From assembly GCA_965153355.1 (NCBI GenBank), contig OZ231126.1, positions 7,254,001-7,318,000 on the forward strand: 64,000 nucleotides of DNA. Reading direction: 5' to 3'. The DNA comes from Flaccisagitta enflata (taxonomy: Eukaryota). The stretch's first letter is position 1. Every line of letters begins with the position of its first letter. Positions 29,727-46,501 of this stretch are shown here, piece by piece. The position numbers were made by a program, and so were the translations under genes. The notes under the pieces were generated by a model. The model was not told where the DNA came from. It saw only the letters and a program-made list of their open reading frames with translations, and searched no databases.

Positions 29727-31669
29727 TTTCTTTCCTTCTCCTTTCTTTAGTTCTTCTTTCTTTTTCTTCTTTCTTTCTTTCTTCTTTGTTAAAAGGCAAT
29801 GAAATTGAAAACAAAAGAACAACAACATTTGTGGAAGTTCCACTAAATGCTCTGCCTCTTTCTCTCTAACTTTCTTTCTTTCTTTCTTTCTTTCTTGTTT
29901 TTTTTATTTCTTCCTTTCTTTTTCTTTCTTTCTATCTCTCTTTCTTTCTATCTTTCTTTCTTTCTGTAGAACTCGAACAGCTTGTGCACTTGGCAGCAGA
30001 GAACAAAGAACTTTCATGATTTCTGGCTGAAGAAATGAGTGTTACTATGGTTACAGATAATTTTAGATTCGCATAGAAAATGAAAGATCCGAAAAATGAA
30101 AAACATCAGATGCTAGTAAAATGTCATACAATGGATCTGATGTTTTTGAAAATGCGAATTTTTCCCCACTGTTCTCGTATTAAAATTATCCGCTACAAAA
30201 ATGTTTTTTTCGAAAACTCCTCCTGACACAGCTTTACATAGAAAAAGGTATAAAAACCATACTTAATTTTGGGCTAGATCAATAAGATTTGGTATGCATA
30301 CTCTGTTGTGCGTCTTCTAACTACAGTTCAAATCTCATGATGTTACGCCAACGGGGAGATAGGTTTTTACAATTTTGAAGTTGAAGTATTCAAAATTTCT
30401 TATTTCATTTGTCACATGACCCCCTGATTGTTTTTTTTTATTACGCAAAAATTCTTGAAAACAAAAGGTCACGAAAATTTTTGCATGTACTATTATAATA
30501 AATGAACAGGTTCAACTGAAAAATTGGGCTCAAATTTCCAATATGTAAGGGGAATAGGTTGTGAAAATTCCTGGTGTGAGTTCTTTGGCATTAAAATTTG
30601 TTGCCTTTTCCAGCATAGGTTTATAAACATTTAGTTTTTTTTCACTGAAACGGCCAAAGAAGCCTTAAAATTTTTTTTGGTATAAGATTACATGGTTAGG
30701 GATGTAGACTGTTGTTTCAGCGGGCCAAAAACTGTTGTTTTGATGTCTATAGTAGTACAAAAATGCCTCGAATAACAATTGGGTTTACTCAGTTCTCCAT
30801 GTCTTAGTCGCGTGCACGCGACTCTACAACCCGCTTTTTCCGTCCGTCGGTCACACTTAAACTTTTCTTAGTCGCGTGCTACGCGACTCTACAACCCGCT
30901 TTGTCGGTCCGTCGGTCCGTCGGTCCGTCCGTCACACTTTACTTTTTTGGGGGTTTTTGCAGTCTTTGGTCTCACTGCTCCTGCCCAAATGATTGAGTGA
31001 CCTCAAATACAGCCCCTGCCCGCCCGCACGCGACTGGGGTAGCCGTGTATCCGGCCTTGTTTATTATTTTATTACTTTGACCTCCCTGCTCCTGCCCAAA
31101 TGGTCTGGTAACCTCAAATACGGCCCCTGCCCACCCGCACGTGACTTCGGTAGCCGTGTATCCGGCCTTGTTCCATTCTTTATCACGTTTTCCCGTTTTT
31201 TCTCTCTTTCATTCTCCTACTAAATGAGCCCAATTCATAAAAATGATTATGGAGTGGATAAATCAGAACGAAGAAAAAAGCATAGCATATACGCAAAGAG
31301 GATAGCTGCTTAAAACTTGGAAGCTGGTCTGTTTTTGGATAAAAAAACCAAAACAAAAACAAAAAACATATAGGGTTCTGAAATTTGCCCCTTTATTTAA
31401 ACGGAATGTGAAGGAATTAAACCAACTTTTGCCAATGACAATCCAATCAAACACTGAAATTTAGAGACAAAAGAAAAAATTAAAAAAACAAACAAAACAA
31501 AACAAAAATGTATGACAATTGCCAATCAGCAAATCATTTTTTTTCATCTTGCTCTAGCTTTACCCTCAAGATTCCTTGAAAAGTAAATGATTCTTCGGAT
31601 GGTGTCACGGACAACCAGAAAAATCAATGTTTTCTCTTTTCTTCTTAAGAAAATAAGATGACAAATGAA

Positions 31670-31804
31670 ATGAGAATTTTTGGCAAATTCGCGAAGCAAT
31701 TTTGGCATTTTTATCTCTCCATGACATCGCATCGGGGTTAAGAGGCATGAGCTCAAACTTACCAGACTTATTGATATCGCACTCTGATAATGTCTGGTTC
31801 TCAG
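31670..31804 (+). pseudogene. Duplicated, frameshifted copy of the receptor's signal-peptide first exon (pseudo-exon or alternative first exon)
   Basis: ATGAGAATT-TTTGGCAAATTCGC..ATTTTGGCATTTTTATCTCTCCATGACATC aligns to 33226-33290 with a 1-nt deletion in a T run; intact phase-1 donor CAG|GTAAGT. Confidence 0.65.
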
Positions 31805-32020
31805 GTAAGTGGTTGATTTGGCAGGCAAAAACTCGGGTAAGATCTAAGATGAGCGTTTTAAATGCATTTTGTGTATGTGTCTGTGTTGGAAGGGGGGTTG
31901 GGTGGAGCGTTGGGTGTGGATGGGGATTGGCTGCCCCTGCCCACCCACCCACAACGATGTTGTGACCCCGCGTCACTTGTTTTTTTTTTCTTTCCTCCTT
32001 TTCACTTTCTTATTCTTTTT

Positions 32021-32076
<56 letters not shown>

Positions 32077-32108
32077 TTCTTCTTTCTTTCTTTCTTTTCT
32101 TCGTTGTT

Positions 32109-32202
<94 letters not shown>

Positions 32203-32234
32203 TTATATTTGTTTTTTTTCCTTTTCTCCTTTTG

Positions 32235-32289
<55 letters not shown>

Positions 32290-33120
32290 CATTCTCGTGA
32301 ATTTGCGTTGGCTTTGGCGCGCATTCCACGTCTAATGCTCAAACTTACTTTACTTTTTCCCGTTCTTCTTTCTCTCGTTAATTCTTCTACTAAATCAGCC
32401 CAACTTACACTCTTTTTTTTCTATAAGAACCTAGTTCATAAGAACATCAAGGCTTCAAAATGCCCTAAAATTAAGAACGTTGTAGTTAATTAGTAGCTAT
32501 CTCTATCTCTTTTGAAGGCTTTGAAAAAAAATGACGTTCTTATAAAAAAAAGAGTGTATTAAAAACAATGTTACTTGAAAAATACAAAAAAATGTTTGGT
32601 TGCTTCCAATAACAATCTCTATAAGAAGCTTTTTCCGTCCGTCTGACTGTCCGTCCGACCCTCCATACTTGGCATTCTTTTTGTGCGCGTAAAATCGAGG
32701 AATCTCTCTCTCTCAGATTATCATCTGTTTATCAGAGATTTTCAGTAAAACTAATACATGAATGTCAAGGGGATTGTCCGCTACACACTGTGTAGACTAC
32801 ACTGTAGTAAATAATAAACAGATGAGTTACTTTTATACTTTGAATCAACTGAAACACAACAATATCTCTAGACAGCTCTCACAACATCATGTAATTGAGA
32901 GCATTAAATGAATAAACTTGTCGATTTGTGAAATAGTGAAATTAGCCATTTTGTATAAGGCAAGAGGAACGAGAAGAATTTCCGAATTTCGGGTTTCTGA
33001 AGCACCCAAATGTAATGTCCCAAAAAAGTAAACGACACCCTATCAGATGCAAAAAATCAAAGACAAACAACAAAAAAGAAAAAAAATGATAAAAAAAAAG
33101 ATTTAAAAGACTGCATGACA

Positions 33121-33140
33121 ATCGCCAATATGCAAATTCA
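33121..33140 (+). promoter_or_regulatory. CCAAT box overlapping an octamer ATGCAAAT, about 90 bp upstream of the receptor ATG (paralogous gccaatcagcaaat at 31521)
   Basis: atcgCCAATATGCAAATtca; conserved in the duplicated block. Confidence 0.4.
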
Positions 33141-33219
33141 TTTCTCTGTTGGAATTTGGGGTCACAGACATTTAGACAGTTAGAAAAATCGACATGTTTA
33201 GAGGGAAACTAAGATTTGA

Positions 33220-33346
33220 ATGAAAATGAGAATTCTTTGTCAAACTCGCATCTCAATTTTGGCATTTTTATCTCTTCATGACATCACCTCCGGGCTTGGA
33301 GGCGTGAAGGCAGATTCATCCGAGTCTAAAAATGGCTTTTATGCTG
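33220..33346 (+). CDS. Kringle-SMB GPCR exon 1 (signal peptide)
   Basis: MKMRILCQTRISILAFLSLHDITSGLGGVKADSSESKNGFYA; donor CTG|GTAAGT in phase 1, matching exon 2. Confidence 0.7.
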
Positions 33347-33361
33347 GTAAGTCGTACAGTA

Positions 33362-36014
<2,653 letters not shown>

Positions 36015-36701
36015 TATGAATTCAATTTCCTAATCTTGTTTGAAAGACTTACGAAAGGCCAATTAGACCAAATAATCGACTGGCTAGTTAATATCCATTC
36101 AATGTCCATCAACATGTCTATCAATAGCATCAACACACTTTCAGTGTCACAATCGGCCAATTGTTGTCATTAGTTTAAAATTTATTTCAACAAAAAGATT
36201 GTTACAATGGGTCAATTGTACGCAATTATCGTACACTCGGTAATATGGATTCAATTTCCAAATCTTGTTTGAAAGACTTACGAAAGGCCAATTAGACCCA
36301 ATAATCGACTGCCTAGTCAATATCAATTCAATGTCTATCAATGTCTATCAACTCTCAGTGTCACGATGGGCCAATTGGTTGCGATTAATCTAAATAGGAC
36401 CCAATTATCGTGGGCCACTTGATTTATATGGGGGCACAATTCAGCACACAAATCTGGTACTCTTTCTTGTCACTTGCACATTGCATGAATAGCTGACAAT
36501 CATAGGTTTTTCTTACTCTTGATTTGTATCTGTTGAGCCGCTCTTTGATAAGGGTTGGGGTGGAATTTTTGATAATTCTAAGGATAGTTGTGATGGGTGC
36601 GCATTAAACACCAAAGGCTCTTGTCCTTATCTTGATTCTTTTTGGGTTGCAATGTAATGTTGTCCAATGTCATATCAACTCAATGTCCTATTCTCGTTCA
36701 G

Positions 36702-36819
36702 CAGACTGTTACAATGGGCAAGATGGATATCGCGGGCTCATTGATATCACATCTTCCGGAAGAACATGTCAAGATTGGTCGTCCCAATGGCCCCATGCTC
36801 ACGATAGAACACCGTACAA
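36702..36819 (+). CDS. Kringle-SMB GPCR exon 2 (kringle N-terminal half)
   Basis: ttcag|[40 protein letters not shown] is a canonical kringle; donor AA|GTCAGT in phase 2. Confidence 0.9.
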
Positions 36820-36972
36820 GTCAGTCAAATGCTTTGCTGCCTCTATCCAGACGTGTACATTCTTCCATTCTTAGCACATATTTTCCTCTGATATCTGCCG
36901 ACGTCACCAAACGGCTAAAACGCACACTCAAAGGCACGCACACACACACACACGCACGCACGCGCACTCACG

Positions 36973-37117
<145 letters not shown>

Positions 37118-37254
37118 CATAGTCCATATTAAGTAAAGATGGCGAAAAGAACCAACAGACGGACGGACCGACGGATAGATGGAAGGACAGACGGGCGGAT
37201 AGACGGGCAGGCGAACTAAAAATAATAGTCGCAAAAGCGTCAGATGGTCAGCGG

Positions 37255-37637
37255 CAGGCCTGATTTTAAAGCGAGCCCGCGAGCCCGATGCTCTCCATTT
37301 TGCTCTCGGGCTCTCATATTTTGCAAGCGCTGAGCCCGGATGGCTCTCTCCCATTGGGATGGATTTAAAGCTCTCAAGCTGATTGAGTAAATTATTTGAA
37401 AATACAACAAGTTTTGAGTCGTTTTTTCGATTTTTTCACTGACTGAATCATCAAAGCAGTGATTATTTCATCACTGCATCATATAACCAGTAGCTACTTA
37501 TAGGAATCTAGGCTGATATGATAGTAGAATTTGATATAACATTTTCATCGGGCTCATGGTTTTCCTGTCGGGCTCTGTCAAAATGGGGGAAGCGAGCCCG
37601 ACTGGCTCAGTAAAAAAAATCACTAGAATCAGGCCTG
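37255..37637. mobile_element. hAT MITE with 8-bp TSD GTCAGCGG, inserted in a Helentron-like element
   Basis: CAGGCCTGATT...AATCAGGCCTG; TSD at 37247-37254 and 37638-37645; GAGCCCG subterminal repeats. Confidence 0.85.
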
Positions 37638-38647
37638 GTCAGCGGTACCCGTCGCCCCTAGGCCAGTGAATGTTTGATGTGAAGGTCAGAGGGGCAGCGG
37701 CCCCGAAGGAGCCGATGACCTATGCTTGGCTAGAATTTGAGTATTGAGGCGGGATTTTAGCCCCAAGGAAGGGATTGGAGCCTTAAGCTTGGAATTGGAG
37801 CCATGATGCTGGGATTGGAGCTTGGAGGCTGAGATTGGAGCCTCGAGGCCGAGATTGGAGCCTGGAGGCTGGGATTGGAGCCTTGATGCTGGGATTGGAG
37901 CCATGACACTAGGAATGGAGCCTTGAGGCTTGGATATGAGGCCTAAGGCTGGGATTTGAGCTGGAGGTGGAAGTGGAGGCTTCGTAGTTGGGGGGGGGGG
38001 ACGGAGAAGGAGAAGGAGGAGGAGGAGAAGGAGAAAGTTTCCCATATGTGTGAAAGCATAGGTCATCGGCCCCTTCGGGGCCGCTGCCCAAAAAAGAAAA
38101 TAGGAATTGAAAAAGTTAAGATGTGAAATAAGCTTTTGAAGTTAATGTCAAGACATCATTTGCATATTGCAGTTTTATGATGACTGCTCCATTTTTATTT
38201 CGTTAATTTGCCATTCAGTCATTTTGAATTAAAATCATAACTTTAACTTAATTTTTGTTATTTGTAAATTAAAAAAAAACACCTTTTGCAAGTTTTAAAT
38301 TAATCAACATCGAGTTGTGTTCCATTTAGCTTACTATGACTCAGATTCATACTGATGAAAAACTTCCTGGAAAACTGGCACACCGAAGAAATACCACCAG
38401 CGAAAGATTTCAGCGATGGTCAGGCGTGGAGCTTAGTCTCAGTGGCTCAGCTGATAAATTACTAAGATCTGTCAGCAGGCGAGGGGTTACTATTAACCTC
38501 TCATACTAGGGATAAGCATCTGGTGGAGGCTCGAGGACGCCTAAGAGAAATGCAAGAAACATGCACAAAATCTGGCTCATATCTAAGAACTACCAAAACA
38601 TGCCGAAAGACGTTAAAATCATTTCACTCTTTTTATCATTTTCATGA

Positions 38648-38797
<150 letters not shown>

Positions 38798-39110
38798 TAA
38801 GTTGATTTCATGAGAGATAAACAATGCGGGGTTACATTACTGTCGCAGACGGGTGGGCAGAAGCGTACAACCCTAATTCCACACTCCATTTCCATACCCC
38901 CTTTCCATACTCCTGCACACACTCAACTAAAAAGCGCGATTTTCTCACTTAATAACTCCAGCGGGAATGACTCATGGACCGATGGACAAACAAAGCCTCC
39001 TATAGAGTCGCTTGTCCGCGAGTAAAAATCAGTTGAAAAAGAAACCCGGGTTTACAATATCGTCGGGGACGGGTAGGCAGGGACATACAACCCCCCGTAC
39101 ATACACACAT

Positions 39111-39416
<306 letters not shown>

Positions 39417-39608
39417 ACACGGTCAGAGAAAAAAACACTTTCAAACTTTAGCGTGACCCACAGACGGACCAAAGGGCCGATGGACCCAAGGATTGGCAGA
39501 CGGACAAAGCCTATAATAGAGTTACGTGGCCGCAACTAGAAATGAAAAGTGTGATGATGAAGATTCTTACTTTCGGTCCATACATAAGATCAAGTTGCAA
39601 TCATTCAG

Positions 39609-40035
39609 AGTCATCACTTCCAATCTCTCCAACGCCACCATCACCACCATCGAAGAGACCGTCGCCGCCAATGACTTCAGCGCCATTTACATCTCCTCTT
39701 CTGGAGCCAGCGTCACTTCCGCCATGGATCAACCTTGGCATAAATCTGGTTGACAAAATCGGTTTTAGCAAAGGTGATGGCGTTCCCCCCAGAGGCGTTC
39801 CCCCTGATGGCTCTGATGTCCATTTTGTAACCAGTTGCGTCGGTCGTTGCGGCGAATATTCCTTCTTTCACGTACCGTCGATGATTTGTCAATGTGACGA
39901 AAATTGCCAAGGCAACGACGACTGTTGCCATGACTACCAAAAAATGTGCGGTGAACCGATAAAGGAAAACGGGGAGGAGGGGGAAAAGGAAGAAGGAGAA
40001 AAGGAGGAGGAAGAGGAAGGAAAGACTAAAGAAAG
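39609..40035 (+). CDS. Kringle-SMB GPCR exon 4 (Pro/Ser linker, somatomedin-B domain, acidic linker)
   Basis: cattcag|AG; SCVGRCG...CQCDENCQGNDDCCHDYQKMC is an SMB domain; donor AAG|GTGAGA in phase 2. Confidence 0.88.
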
Positions 40036-40497
40036 GTGAGAAATAATGAATTCAACCGGCGAGAGTTAAATGTTTTTCTAAACCGATGTTATCGAGTTTA
40101 TTTGGGTTTGAATGCGTCATAAATTGAATGCAGATTTTTTAATCCCTAACTTTTTTAAATCCCTATTTTTAGTCGCGTGCTACGCCACTCTACAACCCGC
40201 TATGTCGGTCCGTCGGTTGGTCGGTTGGTCGGTCGGTCGGTTGGTCCCCTTTTTACTTTTCGGCGTTTTTTAGCTTTTTGAGCATACGGCTCCTGCCCTG
40301 GTGACCCTCTCCAGCACTGCTCCTGCCCACCCGCACGCGACTAGGGTAGCCGTGTATCTGGCCTTGTTAACTTTTTTTAACTATAAGTTTTTTCACTTTT
40401 TTCACTTTTTCACTTTTTTAATTCTTTTAACTTTTTTAACTTTTGTAAATCCCTAACTTTTTTAGATCCCTATTTTTAACCGCTCAAACTCTGACAG

Positions 40498-40640
40498 AGT
40501 CGTTTGCGAACCATTCTTCAAATCTTCCACGGATCGTGTCAGCATTTTTGGATTCAACAAAATCGTCTCTTGTGGACAATCGTTTCAGAAACTGAAACGG
40601 GTCGCCCGTCAGAACGTCAAGAGGGGGAAAACAACGTCGG

Positions 40641-40716
<76 letters not shown>

Positions 40717-43480
40717 TGTTTCAGCGCCATCTCTCGAAGAACTCGTATTCATCGAAGATCATTGTGCGTTGAGCAGGGACCCTTACCAACACGTCACTGC
40801 CGATAAGTCGGAATTTCTCAAGCTGCTTCCACGCACAATCCTTTATGCGAAGGATCTCATGGGGCCTACGTTTGGTAACGTTTACTGTTATCATTGCAAT
40901 TGGGACGAGGTGGTCAAATATACGAATCACACGATCATGGACTGGTCTGCTTGGTTAGAATCTAACGGGACCACAGGAAGATCAGCTAGTCCTTATGAAT
41001 ACGACGCAGCTGTTGATGTAGCTGCCGATACGTTTACCGATGTTAAAGAGGATGATGGCGACGTCGACGATTCGGAGATATTCTTCCGCATCGATTCGTT
41101 TCAACCCTCCGAGCCATACGCGTATCACTACCAGCTAAATGCCCTGATGGAAAAGCGTCCACCGCCTCCAAGATCCTCGATGCCCTGTTTGACTCAAGAG
41201 GGTCGTCAGAAGCGGGTTTTGAGTCGATGTGGGGATTTGGGTTACCTCGATCCCGCGGATGATCCTGTCAAGTTCACCGCCAATTGGACATCGCAGGCCC
41301 GCGTTTGCGCTTCGGGCACCAACGCCATGTTGGTCATGTCCGAAGACATCGAGTCATGTTACAGAGGAGTTCATGACTTCTGTACCCAGAACCTGATCGC
41401 TACGCCACCGGCGAAGCTGAGAGAGTTGTTTCTGTACGGTGGCGTGGCTAGCCGGCTTATCTACGATCCGTTATCGTCTCTCTTTTTCCCAGAAACCCGC
41501 GGATTGAAGGAACAGAAACCATTTGGGTATTTGTACGAAAATTCGGCCGAGTGTGACGGCGATGTCTGGCAGGGGATGGGAAATGCTACTTTAATCACGC
41601 CGTTAAACAATGTCTCCTTTGATCTACCCGAAAATGCGCTCTTTGACGATCGATTGACCAACTCATCCAAATATCGGTCAAACGACACGTCCAGTCATCA
41701 ATCTAACGAGTCATCAAATCATCAACTAGAAAACGTAGCCAATACCAAAGCATCAAAGCCACGATGCGTCAACTTTGCCAGACTGAACACGGCGTTACTG
41801 AGTATTCCTTCTTTCTCTTTGGACGCACCGGAAAACCATCACGATCCGTTGGATACGATAACGACGATCGGATTAAGCGTCTCCGTCGTCTGCCTGTTGG
41901 CTTCATTATCTCTGTTTTACTTTATGAAAGATTCTCGAATGGGCCGCGGTTCTCTGCAGGAAGTCCACATGATGATCGCGCTATTGTTCTACAATCTCTC
42001 ATTTCTGCTTAAAAGCGGAAATTCCGTTTCTTATTTTTGTAAAATCGCCGCCATTTTTTTGCATTTCTTTCTTCTCTCTTCGTTCTTTTGGATGTCTGCC
42101 ATCGCCGTCAACACCTTTTGGGGTTTTTGGAATCTGTGCATGAATCTGGCGCCTCCGCCGCCGCTGCAGCGCGACCGGAAGCGCGTCCATCGCTGCGTCA
42201 ACGCCTGCTGCTGGGGCGTTCCCGCGGCGTTCACTTTGACGTGCGCGTTGACGGATTTGGTGATCGCTCGCGGTTCGATCGGCTTCGGCGTCGACGAATC
42301 ATGTTGGATCGCCGATCGTTTCAGCCGGTTGATGATCTTCGCGATTCCGTCGTTTATCAGTTTGTTCGTCAACGTAATCCTGGTTTCCGGTTCATTGACG
42401 ATGATGTGGTTGATGCAGCGCAGTAGCTCGTTGATGCGTCTCGACGTCCGCTTCACGCGCCATCGAGAATTGGCGCTCGTCGCCTGCAGGTTGTTCATTT
42501 GCGTGGGTCTCCAATGGTTTTTCGGGTTTTTATATTTTATCGTCCCCGACGAAAAACGCGTTTTAGAATACTTGTTCACTTGTCTGACGGCTTTCCAAGG
42601 GACGTTGGTGTTTGTTTGCGTGGTGACCACCAGAGTTATTCGTCGTCGATTGAGAATTTGGACAAAAGAGCGACTAAACAGTCGCGTGGGATTGTTCTTT
42701 CTTTGTGGGTTGACTCGCGTGGGACCCTCGACAGACGGAGTTGTTATTAATGTCCAGGCGGATAACATCTTCAATGTACGACTAGAACAAGGAGGAGGAG
42801 GGGAAGGAGGAAGTGGAGAAGGAATAGAGGATGCTGTTGGAAAGGAAAGGAAGAGAATGGGGAGAAGGGCGAGCGAGATCGAAGGAAGAGGAGTAGGGAA
42901 AGGAGGAGCTCAAAAAGGAATGAGAGGAAGTCACAGAAGAGGAGCCATCAGGCCTCAAATCCAAATGTTGGATGAAAAAGAGAAGGAGGAAGTTGATGAG
43001 GACGATGACGTAGAGTTTGAAGATGATGACGACGAAGATTCTCGTTTATCCTCAGAAGAAGGCGGTGAAGAAGCAGAAAGTAAATCCACGGAATCTTCGT
43101 CAGATGGCGCCCAATTCGGAAATGGCGCCCAAATCGGAAATGTCGCCCAAATCGGAAATGGCGCCATAACCGGAAATGGCGTTTGTGCTACCAGAAACTA
43201 TGCCAGAAATTGCGCCAACGGAGAAGACGCTGCATGGACACAGAAACCAACAACAACAACGACGATGAAGAAGAAGAAGAAGATGATGCCGACGCCGATG
43301 AGAGATCCGTCGAGTGGATCGTTGTCGACGACGATGAAGACGACGCTGACGACGACGAAGAAGACGTTGTTAGCGCCGCCTCTGAGGCTTATCGCGAAAA
43401 GGAAAAGCCTCATAGAAAATCGTCTGGGTACTCTTGTAGAAGATGTAGAGGAAAATGAGGCGAAATCATCTACTTTCTGA
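40498..43480 (+). CDS. Kringle-SMB GPCR exon 5 (poly-Ser, Cys-rich ectodomain, family-B/Methuselah-like 7TM, acidic low-complexity tail)
   Basis: ctgacag|A in phase 2, frame open into the 903-aa ORF; TFGNVYCYHCN, ITTIGLSVSVVCLL, CKIAAIFLHFFLLSSFFWM, CWGVP, CWI, GLQWFFG, AFQGTLVF; spliced CDS is 3777 nt = 1258 aa + stop. Confidence 0.9.
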
Positions 43481-45609
43481 TGCCTTACTGTAGACTGAAA
43501 CGGAAACGGAAACGGAGGTTTCCTTTTCAATAGATGACTGGCTGGGAAAAGGAGAGAATATAACAAGGTCGGATACACGGCCATCCGGACGGCTGGGCAC
43601 GAGCAGTGATGCAAAAACCGCTCTCAATTAAAAAATGTGACGGACGAGCGTCAGGCGGACGGTCTTACGGACGGACCTACACGGGAAGGTGTAGAGTCGC
43701 ATGTCTGCGACTTAAAAAAGAAGAGCAACAAGAAGAACGGCAACGGAGAAGAAGAAGAAGAAGAAGAAGAAGAAGAAGAAGAAGAAGAAGAAGAAGAAGA
43801 AGAAGAAGAAGAAGAAGAAGAAGAAGAAGAAGAGGAAAGAAAATGATGAATAAAAGAAGAAGAAGGAGAAGGAGAAGAAGACGAAGACGAAGACGAAGAT
43901 AGAAGAAAAAAGAAAATGATGAACAACAACTTTTTTCTGGCGATTTTTAACTCGAACGTGACAGACAAACAGATAGACACAGTTACTTACAAAGGTGCGT
44001 TGGCGCACCTAACAAGTGACGCGGGTACACAATATCGTTGCGGACGGGTGGGCAGGGGCATCCAACCCCGATTCACACCCCAACTCCCACCCTACACACA
44101 AACATACACAAATAGTATCCAAAATGCTCGTTTTTCCAGTTTCTAACTCAATCATTACGGACGGACCGACGGACTAACGCACCGACGGACCGACAAAACC
44201 TCGTAAACAGTTGCGTGTCCGCAACTAAAAATGCGGGGGGCAAGTTAGAAATCACGCAAATAAAGTAATAAAGAAGTGGTTCTGAGAACCGTTCTCCTTT
44301 GGTTTAAGTCCTGTTGACCTGGCTCACGCTCAGCATACTAGAATTCAAATATCGCCGCGATTCATACTTTCAATTTTGTCTACATAACAACTTCATATGC
44401 TCAATTATAAGGAAGCTATTTGCTAAAACATTGAAGACAAATGAAAAATCAAAGAGGGAAGTTGTTAACTTGTTGTCCCTTTCATGAGAACTCGTTTTTG
44501 GCTTTCCGCTGGAGCTTCAGAAGAAAAAAAATCAAAATATTCACTCATTCTGAAATCGATGAGAGATGCAGGGTAATACCCCACTTTTAGGCTCTCTCAG
44601 CGGCTTTCATTTTTACACATGCGTTAGTTTAAGCTTTGGTGTTCTGTCTAATTTGCCAATCAAGAAAAAAAAACCGCCGTTTTGTAACTTATGACTTTTT
44701 AATTCTTGCTGATCTACACTTTCAAATTCTAATGATGAAAAAATTTTACACGGTTACGGTTTTTATTCTTACTTGAAACACGAATTCGATTAAATCACGC
44801 TTAGTTTGCACTTTTAACAGCTTCGTCGTTGACACTGTATACGATATTGTTTTATAAAAGACTTTTTACTCTTTAACTGTTCCGGTTCTGTGGACACTTA
44901 CATCTAACATGGATTAAACTTGATCGCTTTCATCACGTCAATTTCATTTTGATTTGATTCAATTCCATGTAAATTTGAAAAAAAGCGGAGGTGTAAGATC
45001 TTGACGCAATTGACGAGACATGAATAAAGTGAGATCTTTTGTGAATAAATACATATGATACACAATGATGTCATATAAAGAAAGAGCAAAATTAGTGACA
45101 CGATAAAATGCTGACTATTTTTTACACTTAGATAAGTATAGATATGCCTCATATCTTTAATTCTTTTATTAATAATGATGAAAGTAATAAAAAAGGAATA
45201 CAGTTAAAATAATTCAATACATGCATTTTAAGTGCTACCAGGTAGAGCATAAAAGTAATGACAGTCAGAGTAGTCATGATCACATCAGCAACTCTGAGCC
45301 GCCAGTAAATTCCCTAATTTCATAGTTTTTTAAAATTTTGTGATTTTTCCGATTTGAGTTTCTATCTTGGAAATGGGGCAGGAAATTAAGATATGCTCCA
45401 AGGAAAGTTCGCGCTAATATTTCGGGATTTCCTGAGCCAATAGCATCTTTGCGATTGATTTGCCATAAGATACAAAGCACACAAATAGGTACCAGTTTTA
45501 GCTACTTTTATGTTTACATCTTTTTCCAGAACTGGCGGTTCTATTTTGCTGATGATATTGTGTAGAATATGTAATCATTGAGAAGTTAAATTGGCTTGCG
45601 CTTTTGTTT

Positions 45610-45717
45610 TCATTTGATGTCGCAGAGAAGGGCGACTCCTCTCAGGATCCAGTGATCTGGGTTTTGATTGGTCCTCAGCTGGACGGCGGCAATGTAGTTC
45701 AAATCCGTTCTCCCAGG
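45610..45717 (-). CDS. Axonemal outer-arm dynein heavy chain (DNAH5/DNAH8-like), terminal exon
   Basis: gtattcag|[35 protein letters not shown], a typical DNAH5/8 C-terminus. Confidence 0.93.
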   Translation of the reverse strand, partial: PGRTDLNYIAAVQLRTNQNPDHWILRGVALLCDIK

Positions 45718-46467
45718 CTGAATACAAACGGGGGTAAAAGAAGAAAGAAGAAATAAAGCAAATTTAGCAAACGAGCATTAAAAAGATATCAAATGAATGC
45801 TTCACTTTCGAAAATATTAGGTGTTTAAAGTTTTCCTCAAAGAACTTAGACACTTTCTTCGAATGAAGGAATGAAAAATGTCACTATGGTTTCAAGATGT
45901 GAACTTTGCTTGTATGAGCTTTGAGGTGTATAAAAAAAAAAACAATATTTTTTTATAGGGCTGTTACTATCTATAATCAGCTCATTTAGCTCATGCATCC
46001 GTAGCATATGTTCTGATCTTGCACTCAATACAGAAACTTTTGTATATTTTAATACTCTTTTAGATACAGAACGAGAGGCGGTCATGATCATAATCAGGGT
46101 CAAATTGTTCACCACAAAATGTATTTATAGGTGTAATATATTGTTTTTGAGCCACTCCAATGAAGATATTTTTGCAGAAAGAAAAATGAATTCATTGGAA
46201 TGGCTCCAAATCCCTATACAATATTGTTGGCCTTTACCAGGTCTTCGCTTCTCGTACTGTATTGTTTTGAAAATTATTTCTTACACATCTTATGTTATTT
46301 TGAGTAGGGACAAGCTGACAACTTGAATGATCGACACACCATTAATTGTCCTTTATAAATAGAGAATTAAGTGCATGCGTTTACAGGCCAACACGTACGC
46401 CAAGCGCTGATCAATTGCGTTTCCGACAGAGAAACTGATGGACGGATGGGCAAAGCCACAGACAGAC

Positions 46468-46501
<34 letters not shown>

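Noticed and set aside
28348-30050. Further upstream exons near 28390-28560 and 29970-30050
   Set aside because: Acceptor-like sites are present, but frames close quickly or lack donors and recognisable homology
40769-40771. Start of a single-exon 903-aa GPCR
   Set aside because: It is a TTG codon; the frame is open upstream to the acceptor at 40497 and no signal peptide follows
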